The notes below the pieces were generated by a model. It did not search any database and was not told the DNA's origin. It worked only from the letters and a program-made list of their open reading frames with translations. A DNA stretch of 62,111 bases, filler included. It is 3 parts of 3 records of this genome, joined end to end, with 100 filler letters (N's around TTAATTAATTAA, not from the genome) between each part and the next. Parts side by side here need not be neighbours in the genome. Positions count along the whole stretch, not along the records: positions 39,617 to 62,111 come from SRR20825010_2884; 2 more parts are not named here. One strand, written 5' to 3'. Below are positions 47,555 through 57,472 of this stretch, piece after piece (within the stretch, counting starts at the first letter, position 1; every line of letters begins with the position of its first letter). Position numbers and translations under genes: made by a program.

Positions 47555-47582
47555 AAGACAGGGAAAGCGGCCACTCTATTCC
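47555..47582 (-). promoter_or_regulatory. ECF-type promoter upstream of opgH
   Basis: GGAATA-N17-GTCTT on the minus strand. Confidence 0.6.
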
Positions 47583-47617
47583 CTTCACGATCGGGAAAGT
47601 TCGTTTACAGCCGGAAG

Positions 47618-49144
47618 TCAGGCGGGAACGAAGCCGGGAATCTCGATCACCAGTTCAAGGCCGGCCGGCTTTACGTTGCGGGCGAAAATACTCCCGCCCA
47701 GTGCGGCCACATTGCGCCTGACGATCCAGAGCCCGAACCCGAAATGAGCATTGCCGTCTTCGGCGTGGCTGGCCGGACGCTTTGTGATCCCCCTGTCGAA
47801 CAGGCTATCGATGATATCCAGGGACGCGCCGGGACCCTGGTCACGCACGGAGATCGTCACGCTGTCCTTGTGCTGGCTTAGCTCGACAAAGATCGTCCCG
47901 CCTTCGGGAGAAAAACCGACGGCGTTCTCGACAATATTCTCGAGGATTGTCTCAATAATCTCTTCACTGCCGAGGAGATAGGCGGGCTGCCGCACAACCA
48001 GCTCAAGGTGAATGCCCCGCGCCTCGCACGGCCCGCGAAAATCCTCGCAGAGTCCCTCGATCAAGGTGTCGACCCGGATCATCTCCCGCGGGGGCGAGGC
48101 CAGCCTGGCGGTTGTCTCCGTCGATTGTTGACCGGCGGCGATCAGGGCGCTGAGGCGCTGGCGGGATTGGGCAATGATCGAGAGCATGCGCTGGGCTCGC
48201 TCGTCTTCCCTGGGGACCGCCGAACGGAGTGCCTCGAGCGATTGGGCGATGGTGCCGACCGGTGTTTTCAGGGCATGAACCTGTTCTTCTGCGCTTTCCC
48301 GGACATCCGCCGCGATCTTCTGAAGCCGTCCGACCATCTCGTCGAATTGCCGCGCAACTCCATCCAGTTCCGGCAAGCGGTTCATCCTGACGAAGGACGC
48401 CCTCTTGTCGGATCCATCGGCGATGGTCCGCGCCAGCCGTTCAAAACGGCGCAGGCCGGAGCGCATGTCGATCAGGATGGCGATCACGACGCTGGCCATG
48501 AGCAAGTAGATCACGGCCGCCACAATGACCTCGGGGCGCTGCCAATACGGGCCGATCAAGGACAGGGCGGCAGGTTCGTCTGCGGCAAGCGATGTCATCA
48601 GGACCCAGCATCCCTGCGAGGTCTTGATCGGCGTCACCGAGACAACGACCTCGTGCGAGGCATCCGGCGCCACGGCAACGCGGCTCACTTCGGCGACGCC
48701 GGTACAGGAAGACCAGATATCGCCAAGCAGGCCGCTTTCCTTCAGATATTGCCGTTCGCCATCGATCTGTGGTTCAGCGGGGGCTGAGGCAACATAAAAG
48801 AAGTCCCCTCCACTCTCGCTTTCCGGGTTGAACAGCAACCGCAGGCGCACGCCATCGCTTTCGAACAGTTGCAGCTTCTGGGCAATTTTGGGGAAAATAT
48901 CGGGTTCCGCGTCCCCGAGGTCGTTCGCAAGCGCCTGTGCGATTGCCGTGCCGTGATGGCGGATGCTGTCCAGCACGAAAGCCCGGTGGGTTTCGTCCGC
49001 ACTCTGGAAGCGCCAATAGAGGATGACCGGAACGATCAGAAAAAGCGCCAGAGTGAATGCCAGCTTCGCGCCGATGGAGCGTGCGAAGCGGGCACGCAAT
49101 ACACCAGGCTCGGTGGTTTGCCGCTCTTGCTTATCCTGCGGCAC
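47618..49144 (-). CDS. Sensor histidine kinase (ChvG-like)
   Basis: Two TM segments flanking a periplasmic domain with a Cys pair; HALKTP H-box; ENAVGFSP; HFGFGLWIVRRNV. Confidence 0.88.
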   Translation of the reverse strand: MPQDKQERQTTEPGVLRARFARSIGAKLAFTLALFLIVPVILYWRFQSADETHRAFVLDSIRHHGTAIAQALANDLGDAEPDIFPKIAQKLQLFESDGVRLRLLFNPESESGGDFFYVASAPAEPQIDGERQYLKESGLLGDIWSSCTGVAEVSRVAVAPDASHEVVVSVTPIKTSQGCWVLMTSLAADEPAALSLIGPYWQRPEVIVAAVIYLLMASVVIAILIDMRSGLRRFERLARTIADGSDKRASFVRMNRLPELDGVARQFDEMVGRLQKIAADVRESAEEQVHALKTPVGTIAQSLEALRSAVPREDERAQRMLSIIAQSRQRLSALIAAGQQSTETTARLASPPREMIRVDTLIEGLCEDFRGPCEARGIHLELVVRQPAYLLGSEEIIETILENIVENAVGFSPEGGTIFVELSQHKDSVTISVRDQGPGASLDIIDSLFDRGITKRPASHAEDGNAHFGFGLWIVRRNVAALGGSIFARNVKPAGLELVIEIPGFVPA

Positions 49145-49904
49145 GGCCGGTCTCTCGCCAACGGTAGCCGAAGCCGGGATAGTTCTCGATCTGGTCGAAG
49201 CCGGGATCCAGTTCCTTGAATTTTTGCCGGATGCGTTTCACGAAGCTGCGTACATTACCGCGATAGCCGTCTTCGCTTGCGCCGACATAGAAATCTTCTC
49301 CGTGTACCAGGTTGTAGATCTCCCGGTATTTCACATCCCGGCCGGCATTTTGTGCGAGATGTTCGACGATGTGGTACTCGGTCAAAGTCAGCGGCACGCG
49401 CTGGCCGTTCCAGAAAGCCCGCCCGGCGATCTGATCCAGGCCTAGGGCGCCGATAGCCGTTTCTTCATCTTGCTGATCGGCACTCTCGCCGGATGATGCA
49501 CCGTTCCGTGCTTTTCCCTGTCTCAGTCCGAGCAGAATGATCTCGATCCGGCGCATCAGGATCGAGAAGCTGCGGGATTTATCGACGAAATCGATGGCTC
49601 CCGAAGCCAGAGCCGATTCCTCGAAGATTTGGTCTGTCAGACTGGTCAGGAACAATGCGGGCAGCTCCACGCCGCGCGCATTGATCTCCTTGAGCGTATC
49701 GAGCCCGGACAGGCCCGGCATTTTCCAGTCCAGTATCGCCAGGTCGAAACCCGCATCCTCATCCAGCAGGCGCAATGCGCTTTCTCCGCTCTCCACGGTC
49801 GTGACCGAAAGCCCGTTATCCTGAAGATTGATGGCCAATGTCTCCAGCAGCAACGGATCATCATCAACAACGAGAATGCGTGCGAAATCGAGGGGCTGGG
49901 TCAA
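49131..49904 (-). CDS. OmpR family response regulator (ChvI-like); TTG start overlapping the upstream stop
   Basis: VVDDD, LDWKMP, FLTS, LTLTEY, KRIRQKFKELDPGFDQIENYPGFGYRW. Confidence 0.88.
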   Translation of the reverse strand: MTQPLDFARILVVDDDPLLLETLAINLQDNGLSVTTVESGESALRLLDEDAGFDLAILDWKMPGLSGLDTLKEINARGVELPALFLTSLTDQIFEESALASGAIDFVDKSRSFSILMRRIEIILLGLRQGKARNGASSGESADQQDEETAIGALGLDQIAGRAFWNGQRVPLTLTEYHIVEHLAQNAGRDVKYREIYNLVHGEDFYVGASEDGYRGNVRSFVKRIRQKFKELDPGFDQIENYPGFGYRWRETGRAAG

Positions 49905-50434
49905 GGCGTCCGTTTCCGCGAGGCCAGACGCTCTAGGCATGCCGCCCTCTCGCTTTCTGATAATTCGGTAGGCAGGATTTTGTGCCCCAGGACGGAGAAA
50001 TCAGCGGTGGAAACTTCCGGAAACAGATAAAATTCAACGATGCAGGATGGATCATTATAGGCCCAGACGAGACCGGATGCTTGCACGCGGACATCGTCGG
50101 CCGGCCCGATGATCGCCTCGATGCTGACCAGATCCGCGCCTTCCAGTGCGGCCGGGTCGATTGTTGTCGGTGCAGGTTGATCGTTATTTTCCCGAGAGGG
50201 CGCGGATTGCCCATCTGATGCGGTTTTACCGGATGCCGAGGCAGGTCGTTGCGCTGGCCTGGGAAGTGGAAGGGGGGCCGAAGTCGCGGGGAGAGAAGTC
50301 GTTGGCGGAGGAGCCGTGGGCGCCGAAGCCGAGGGAGGAACAGTCCCATGTGCAGTCCCGTGTTTTGCAGGCGGGTTAGCGCTGCATGCGGAAAGGGCGA
50401 TGATGATGAAGAAGGCAATCCTGCGCATGTGCAT
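49901..50434 (-). CDS. Lipoprotein with Pro/Ser/Thr-rich linker and small Cys-pair C-terminal domain
   Basis: Lipobox LSAC; long low-complexity tether; IIGPAD...WAY...C.VEFYL...CL domain; TTGA overlap with the regulator. Confidence 0.75.
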   Translation of the reverse strand: MHMRRIAFFIIIALSACSANPPAKHGTAHGTVPPSASAPTAPPPTTSLPATSAPLPLPRPAQRPASASGKTASDGQSAPSRENNDQPAPTTIDPAALEGADLVSIEAIIGPADDVRVQASGLVWAYNDPSCIVEFYLFPEVSTADFSVLGHKILPTELSESERAACLERLASRKRTP

Positions 50435-50758
50435 TTCCGCGGCACCATAACTGCCGTTGTCTGTTCCGAATTTCGTCTCGTAATGGTTAACATGGCACTC
50501 TCAAGTCACCCCATCAAATTCGGCCCAAGAACCGAATGCCTTCAGATGCCTCAAATCGGCTTTTGAGCCAGGAGACCCGCAGCCATTACACGGGGATGTA
50601 TCCTTTAGAATCCCGGTTCGAGTGCTCTCCTCAAGCCGTCATGAGGTTGAGGGTGTGCAGCATTTTGTCAATTTTTTTAGATAGTTATCATGGAAATAAC
50701 ACAAAGATGACACAGCATGTCAGGTCCCGTGGGGCCGCCGTGGAGTTGATTGACCGGG

Positions 50759-53700
50759 TCAACAGTCTGTGGTGCCGCTCTCCTTGGCGTTGACGTCAGC
50801 AATTTCGCCGCCCGATTTGGCGGTTGGCCTGATATTGCTCAAAACCTCCGTCAGTTTTTCGACGTCCAGAGGTTTGGTGAGATAGGAGTCGATGCCAGCT
50901 CCCCTAAACTCTTCCTCGTGCTCCTTCAGGGCATGTGCCGTTAGCGCGACAATTGGGGGGCGCGTGTCCGGGTGTTTTTCCACGAGAATTCTGGTGGCCT
51001 GAAGGCCGTCCATACGCGGCATCTGGATATCCATCAGAATGACATCGTATTGCTTCTTCTGGACGGCTTCGATGGCTTCCAGTCCGTCTCCGGCGAGATC
51101 GACTTGATGCCCTAGTTTTGTCAGCACACGCGTCATCAGAATCTGGTTTATCTCATTATCCTCAGCGACAAGGACATTCAAACTGGTCCCGCTGACGACC
51201 TTCCCTGGAACGGGGGCAGTTTCCGGCTTACCCAGATCTTCCTGTTTCTCGCCAGGACCACTTCCCGCCCCCTCAAGAGCATCAATCAATGCCCTCGGAT
51301 GGACCGGTTTTCGCAGCACGGTCCGCTCAGAAGCAGGTAAAACCTGATCCGCAGACTGAACATGAAAATCCTGCCATGTGCAATAAAGCATAGCGGGCTT
51401 ATTCTGCTCAGGGTTACCGGGCATGCCATCCTGTCTGGACGAGGGAGCATCATCTGCATCCATATCGACCATCAAAATATCCGGAGACTGTTCTAAATCT
51501 GCGGAAGGCTTTCCCACTGCCGACCGGCTGTCCACGACAACCCGGCCCCCCAGCCCCTCCAGTTGCCGCACAAGCAAAGGAACACTGAAATCGCTCCAGC
51601 CAGTGAGCTGAACGACCTTGCCGTCCAGTTTCGGCGCCTTGTTTTGTTGAGACGGGCCATCAAGAACCATCAGGGGCACCTCGAAATAGAAGGTGCTGCC
51701 AATGCTCTCTTCACTGACGACGCCAATCTCCCCGCCCATAAGGGTGACGAGTTTCTTGCAAATGGCGAGGCCGAGACCTGTGCCACCAAAGCGGCGTGAA
51801 ATCGATGAATCGACCTGGGTAAACCGATCGAAGAGCGTTTCCCGGTCATGCTCGGCGATCCCGATCCCGGTGTCTCTCACCTGAAACCGGACCCGGTCCG
51901 GTGTAGCGCCCTCAAGGAGTTCGATGGCGACCCCGCCTTTGTCTGTGAACTTGACGGCATTACCAACCAGATTGAACAGAATTTGCCGCAGTCTGGCTGC
52001 ATCACCCTTGCGGTAATCCGGTATGGAGGGTGGCATCACCGCGATCAGTTCAAGGTTTTTATCGCGTGCCGTCGCCGAGGCATTGTCGATCACAGCGCCG
52101 ATCATCTCCATCAGGCTCAGAGGGGCATCGTCCAGTTCAAGCCATTCACCTTCAAGGCGCGAAAAATCCAGAATATCATTGATTATCAGCAGAAGATTGG
52201 AGCCGGAATGTTTGGCAATCTCTGCCAGCCTTGCCTGCTCATCACTGAGCGCGCTCCCAAGAAGCAAATCCACCATCCCGAGGAGACCATTAAGCGGCGT
52301 CCGGATTTCGTGGCTCATCGTGGCCAGGAATTCGGACTTCTGCTGGCTGGCTTCCTCTGCCTGGGCTTTGGCCAATTCCAACGCATTTGCCGCCTCTGTC
52401 CTGGTCAGCTCCGAGCCGACCAGCAAAGTGATGTAGCGCATGAGATCCAGGTCACTGTCCTGGATCGACTCCCGCGGCAACGGGCTGGAAAAATTCACGG
52501 TGCCATACCGGCGCCCGGAGACTATGACGGGGCAGCCGATATAGGATTCGAGACCAGTGGCGAGATAACACGGATGGGTTCGTAATTCGCCGCCCCCTAC
52601 ATGTGAAAAGCCTATTGGATCAAAGCCACTGAAAACATTCTCACAATATGTCTGGTCAAGGCGAAACGCCGTGCCCGGGCTGATGCCCCCATCGGGTGAC
52701 ACGGCGTATTCAACGACATAATTGCCGTCTTCTATCTTGCTGACGATCCCGATTGGCAGCTCCAGATACTCACAGCCAATCTCGAGTATTCTGGAAACTC
52801 TTTCCTGCAAGCTGGTTGAGCCTGTCGAGACGGCAGCCAGCATGGCGCGCAGGACATCGGCGTGCCGTCTCTGCGACGTCACATCCGACCGGATACCGAC
52901 AATGCCACCATCGGCTGTCCGCGATTCCACGATCCGCATCCATCTGCCGTCCGCCGTTTCCTGCAGGAATGGCTCACCGGGCTTGTCGTGCCGGTATAAA
53001 CGCTCCTCTATCCATGCCTCTTGATCTTCTTTTCTTTTCCCTGCTCCAGCATAAAAACCGCGTTCCACACCGTATTTCAGGATGTCGTCAAGGAGTGCGC
53101 CGGGAGCCACGACACCATCTTCCCAAGGAAAAAATGCGCTGAAAGCTGAGTTACAGTATTCAATTCTGCGATCCGCGCCATATTTGACGAACCCATCCGG
53201 AACCGCCTCAATCATCTCTGCGATAACCTGAGAAGAACGCCTGGCTTCGGCACTGGCAGCTTCGGACCTTGATGCAAGGTCCCTCAACCAGATCGCATCC
53301 GCTGCAATGTCGCAAAGGTCCCTTAGAACCTCGCACTCCTTCACATCAAGCGACCTCGGCTTGCTGTCAATGATGCAAAGCGTTCCAAGCGGCAGCCCGT
53401 TTGGCGACTTCAGTGGCGCTCCCGCATAGAACCGGATGAACGGGTCTCCCGTGACCAGCGGGTTGTCCTTAAATCTATCATCCTTGCGAGCGTCTTCGAC
53501 GACCATAATCTCATCCTGCCGGATGGCATAATCGCAAAACGCCCAGGACCGGGGCGTTTCAACGGCATCGATACCGCATTTCGCCTTGAACCATTGACGG
53601 TCCCGGTCGACCAGAGACACCAGAGATATGGGAGCATCGAGAAGTTTCGTGGCCAGAGCGGTAACGCGATCAAAAGCCCGCTCCGGCGGCGTGTCGAGAA

Positions 53701-53764
53701 TCTCGAGCCGTCCAAGCTCCGCCAGCCTGTCGAGTTCAGAATATGGTTTTTTCTGGTGGGTCAT
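50759..53764 (-). CDS. Cytoplasmic hybrid histidine kinase (GAF-PAS-GAF-HisKA-HATPase-degenerate REC-REC)
   Basis: [15 protein letters not shown]-like region; second GAF (HPCY..GLESYIG); [24 protein letters not shown]; no TM segment seen. Confidence 0.92.
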   Translation of the reverse strand: MTHQKKPYSELDRLAELGRLEILDTPPERAFDRVTALATKLLDAPISLVSLVDRDRQWFKAKCGIDAVETPRSWAFCDYAIRQDEIMVVEDARKDDRFKDNPLVTGDPFIRFYAGAPLKSPNGLPLGTLCIIDSKPRSLDVKECEVLRDLCDIAADAIWLRDLASRSEAASAEARRSSQVIAEMIEAVPDGFVKYGADRRIEYCNSAFSAFFPWEDGVVAPGALLDDILKYGVERGFYAGAGKRKEDQEAWIEERLYRHDKPGEPFLQETADGRWMRIVESRTADGGIVGIRSDVTSQRRHADVLRAMLAAVSTGSTSLQERVSRILEIGCEYLELPIGIVSKIEDGNYVVEYAVSPDGGISPGTAFRLDQTYCENVFSGFDPIGFSHVGGGELRTHPCYLATGLESYIGCPVIVSGRRYGTVNFSSPLPRESIQDSDLDLMRYITLLVGSELTRTEAANALELAKAQAEEASQQKSEFLATMSHEIRTPLNGLLGMVDLLLGSALSDEQARLAEIAKHSGSNLLLIINDILDFSRLEGEWLELDDAPLSLMEMIGAVIDNASATARDKNLELIAVMPPSIPDYRKGDAARLRQILFNLVGNAVKFTDKGGVAIELLEGATPDRVRFQVRDTGIGIAEHDRETLFDRFTQVDSSISRRFGGTGLGLAICKKLVTLMGGEIGVVSEESIGSTFYFEVPLMVLDGPSQQNKAPKLDGKVVQLTGWSDFSVPLLVRQLEGLGGRVVVDSRSAVGKPSADLEQSPDILMVDMDADDAPSSRQDGMPGNPEQNKPAMLYCTWQDFHVQSADQVLPASERTVLRKPVHPRALIDALEGAGSGPGEKQEDLGKPETAPVPGKVVSGTSLNVLVAEDNEINQILMTRVLTKLGHQVDLAGDGLEAIEAVQKKQYDVILMDIQMPRMDGLQATRILVEKHPDTRPPIVALTAHALKEHEEEFRGAGIDSYLTKPLDVEKLTEVLSNIRPTAKSGGEIADVNAKESGTTDC

Positions 53765-54470
53765 CCCAGGATATCCGATCTCAACCAATGCTGATCGCTT
53801 CAAAGCGGAAAACATACCACGGAATTATCATTCCATAATCCCCGCCAAAATTGCGATTACAATCCGTGGCCTGTCTCGCATTCAGCCCCGGAGGATGCCC
53901 TTCTCAGGGTCCTCAAAACACACGGTACAATTGCTGAAAATGGCGCTTAATTTAAACATTTAACGCAAGGAACGCCTTTGGGGTTTCTTTGAATGGATTC
54001 ATTTTCCGATCAAAATCATCCTTATTTCTCAAACAAATAAGTGTTCTGCAAGAAATCACATCTGATCCATAGAATTAATAAAAACTTTACCGTTTCATGG
54101 GACATTGTTCCCACGAGCGCGGTGAATAACAACATACTAAGTTTTTAATTTTGTCCACTAAATCTGGGAAAACCAACCCATGACGTGGAACGGTTATCTT
54201 TTAACTCTATATTTTTTAGGGAACGGCTAGGGAGCGAGGGTCATGCGGCAGGGAACGTCATCGCTACCCAAGAATATTGAATTTTATTCAAATGACAATC
54301 TAATGTCAGATAACTTGATGATGCATGGGATTGAGGCGCGCGGGTTCACAGGAATGAACGACGCATCCTCGACATGTCCGCTCTCGGTCACTCCGAGAAA
54401 CCGCAGTCAGTATTCTGATCCGCGCACCGGCGAACGCCTGCATGCCCACACCCACGTACAACCAGCGCGC

Positions 54471-55649
54471 TCAAGAAAGCGTCATCAGCAGAAGAGAAAC
54501 ATCGTCGGTCGGCGGTTTTTGCCCCGTCCAGTTCTGAATCTTCCGCTGCAATCCATTCAGAACAGTGCCATTTACGCCAAACAACGCTTCCGTCAGCCTC
54601 TCCTCGCCAAACTGAACACCAGTAGCGTTCTCGCACTCCGTGATGCCATCGGAAAAAATAGCCAAGCGGTCGCCCGGGCGCATGGTGAACTCAATATCCT
54701 CATATGTGGCATCGGCAAACATGCCGACAGGAAAGCCCCCGTCTCCAATTGTCTCGGCAGTACCATTTTTTCTCAGCAAAATAGGGCTTGGCTGAGCCGC
54801 CTGACACAACCTGGTCGCGCCGGTGGCAGTGTTGATCACGCCGTAGATCATCGTCAGATAATCCATTCTGTCCCCGTCGCTGAGAAAGCGCCGGTTCAAG
54901 GCCGAAACCACAGTGGAAGGCAAAGGAACACCATATTCCCTGTCGGTTTCGCCACTGACACGCGTACAGAATTCGGGAGTCATGGTGTTGCTGAGCGTGA
55001 CCGAGAGAAGAGCGGACGGAATTCCGTGCCCTGCAATATCGGCAATGTAAAAGGCTACGATATCGTTCCCGATTTTGAAGAAATTCAACGTGTCTCCGCA
55101 AAGATACTGAGACGGGTAATACATGTAGCCGAAAGAAACGTTTCCGATTTCTGCTTTCTTTTTGGGAAGGAAGCTGTTCTGCAGCCGGGAAGCCGCATCC
55201 AGATCATCGCTCATCTGCCGGTAAAGATGTTCCAGCTTGGAGTTGCTTACTTCAAGCGCATCAGCCCGGGCTTTGGAGAGAAGATGGTTTCGAACTCTGG
55301 CCCGCACGATAGGCAAGCTGAATGGCTTCGTCACATAGTCGATCGCGCCGATCGCAAGCCCGGCCTCCTCATCTTCTTCCTCAGACATTGCCGTAATGAA
55401 AATGATCGGGATATCGGCAGTCACGGGATCTGCCTTAAGGGCACGACAGACATCATAGCCGTCCATTCCAGGCATGATGATATCGAGCAGAACGAGATCG
55501 ATGTTGTCTGTCTGGGCAATATTGATCGCTTCCGGGCCGGAAGTTGCCTGAACGACATCGAATTCCTGGCCGAGAACCATACCGAGAAGTTCGGTATTCG
55601 TCGGAACGTCATCAACGATCAGGACTTTTCCGCGAACAGAGTTCCTCAT
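54471..55649 (-). CDS. Response regulator fused to a PP2C/SpoIIE (RsbU-like) phosphatase
   Basis: IVDD, LDIIMP, KPF; CGD, ADIAGHG, FSDGITE, DDVS. Confidence 0.92.
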   Translation of the reverse strand: MRNSVRGKVLIVDDVPTNTELLGMVLGQEFDVVQATSGPEAINIAQTDNIDLVLLDIIMPGMDGYDVCRALKADPVTADIPIIFITAMSEEEDEEAGLAIGAIDYVTKPFSLPIVRARVRNHLLSKARADALEVSNSKLEHLYRQMSDDLDAASRLQNSFLPKKKAEIGNVSFGYMYYPSQYLCGDTLNFFKIGNDIVAFYIADIAGHGIPSALLSVTLSNTMTPEFCTRVSGETDREYGVPLPSTVVSALNRRFLSDGDRMDYLTMIYGVINTATGATRLCQAAQPSPILLRKNGTAETIGDGGFPVGMFADATYEDIEFTMRPGDRLAIFSDGITECENATGVQFGEERLTEALFGVNGTVLNGLQRKIQNWTGQKPPTDDVSLLLMTLS

Positions 55650-55798
55650 TGGCCTTCAAGTCCTTCCCGGCAACCGGAAACAATCAACATACCAAGTGTG
55701 AACTTGGGCATCGGCAGCCCCTGTCGTCAAGTGACGCAACCGCGGACAGGTAACGGAACAGGAAATCCTGAGACCGTTAAAAACGAGAGGAAAGGCTG

Positions 55799-57472
55799 AT
55801 GGTTCAGTCAGTTCAGCCCCGGAACAGAACAGCAATCTTCAGTGGGAATTTCTCTGATATTCTCGTCTCCACTGTGGTGATCAACATTCTTGCCCTGGCA
55901 ATGCCGTTGGCCCTCCTGCAGGTTTATGACCGGATCATCCCGAACCAGACATACGGCACCATGACGGTTCTGATAGCTGGGGTCGGCCTCGCCGTTCTTC
56001 TCGAAATTCTGTTGCGCTACGGGCGGTCGTATCTGCTTGGCGCTGCCGCCTCGAAATACGAGTACCAGGCTGGTTGCGACGCTTTCGACCACCTTCTTGA
56101 TTCCGATCTGGCAGCTTATGAGCAGATCGGATCCGGCGCGCTCGTGGAGAGGTTTGACGCTCTCCAGACCGCAAAGGAATTTTATTCCGGTCAAGCCATC
56201 CTGACCCTGTGTGACCTGCCGTTTGCCATCATCTACGTTCTGCTTATCTGGTATATCGGCGGCCCGGTCGTCTATGTGCCCCTGCTGCTCATCGCCCTTT
56301 ATCTTGCTGTCGTCGGCTATTCCAGCGGAGCTTTGGCCCACGCGGTTCGCGCTCATCTGCAAACAGAAGAATCGCGAATAGGCTTCTTGCTGCGCCTCCT
56401 GAATGGCTGGAGGAGTATCAAGTCCATGGCCCTCGAGAAGGGCATTTGCCGCCGTTTTGAAAAATTCCAGCTGGAAAAATCAGAAAAAGCCGCCGATGTA
56501 GACAAACTGTCGACATCCCTGGTCGATCAAGGGAACACCTTCTCCCAGATCAGTACGGCCGGGGTGGTTACCGTCGGAGCCTTTGCGGTCATGGACGGCA
56601 TGCTCACGACAGGCGGCCTCGCTGCTTGCACCCTGCTGGCAGGACGCGCCCTGGTTCCATTCAGTGGCATCGCCGGGTTCTGGGTCAGGTACCAATCCGT
56701 CCGTGCGGCGAGAGAGCGGGTCGCGAGTATTTTCGATCTTCCGGCCGACCCGAGCGGAACCGGCGCATCACAGGATGTGGAATTGACTGGCGCGATTAGC
56801 TTGTCAAACCTGCAATACCGGTCGTCAAACAACGAGCGGGTCATTTTCGATGGTCTTGACCTGGAGATTCACGCCGGCTCCGCAATCGGGATCACCGGTC
56901 CGAACGGATCCGGAAAATCGCTCTTGTTGACAGTCATGGCAGGACTGGCAAGCCCTACAGCCGGATCCGTGACGCTTGACGGGCTGTCGATCGAGAATAT
57001 CGATCGGGAATCTCTCCGGAGGCAGGTGGTCCTGCTGCCTCAGAGAGAAGTCCTGTTCAGGGGAACCATCATGGAAAACCTGACGACATTCCGCCCCGAA
57101 CTAGAACCGCGAGCGATGCTCGTAGCCGAGGTGCTCGGCATCTCGGAAGCGATCTCACGCATGCCCAGAGGTTTCCGCACCCAGACTGGTGAAGGCACAA
57201 CCCAGCTCCTTTCACGCAGCTTGATCCAGCAGATCGCGATCGCACGGGCCCTGGTTGTGCCGCCTAAAATCATTCTTTTCGATGAAGCGAACTCGGCGGT
57301 CGACGGAGCCGGCGACCAATACGTCAAGGATGCCTTCCGGCGCCTTAAGGGCCAATGCACGCTAGTCATCGTCAGTCACAGACCCTCCCTTCTGCGCGTG
57401 GCAGACCAGGTTTATGTTTTGGCGGATGGTCAGCTTGATCAGGACTCCGTATCGACAGAGGCACTGTTATGA
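55799..57472 (+). CDS. Type I secretion ABC transporter subunit 1 (no N-terminal peptidase domain)
   Basis: LQVYDRIIP; Walker A GPNGSGKS; Walker B ILFDE; H-loop VSHRPS. Confidence 0.9.
   Translation: MVQSVQPRNRTAIFSGNFSDILVSTVVINILALAMPLALLQVYDRIIPNQTYGTMTVLIAGVGLAVLLEILLRYGRSYLLGAAASKYEYQAGCDAFDHLLDSDLAAYEQIGSGALVERFDALQTAKEFYSGQAILTLCDLPFAIIYVLLIWYIGGPVVYVPLLLIALYLAVVGYSSGALAHAVRAHLQTEESRIGFLLRLLNGWRSIKSMALEKGICRRFEKFQLEKSEKAADVDKLSTSLVDQGNTFSQISTAGVVTVGAFAVMDGMLTTGGLAACTLLAGRALVPFSGIAGFWVRYQSVRAARERVASIFDLPADPSGTGASQDVELTGAISLSNLQYRSSNNERVIFDGLDLEIHAGSAIGITGPNGSGKSLLLTVMAGLASPTAGSVTLDGLSIENIDRESLRRQVVLLPQREVLFRGTIMENLTTFRPELEPRAMLVAEVLGISEAISRMPRGFRTQTGEGTTQLLSRSLIQQIAIARALVVPPKIILFDEANSAVDGAGDQYVKDAFRRLKGQCTLVIVSHRPSLLRVADQVYVLADGQLDQDSVSTEALL

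Noticed and set aside
53825-53855. ATTCCATAA as a second dif half-site bounding an integrated element
   Set aside because: Only a partial arm; no matching spacer or XerC arm
54243-55799. 518-aa plus-strand ORF
   Set aside because: Antisense shadow of the REC-PP2C gene; no recognisable motifs
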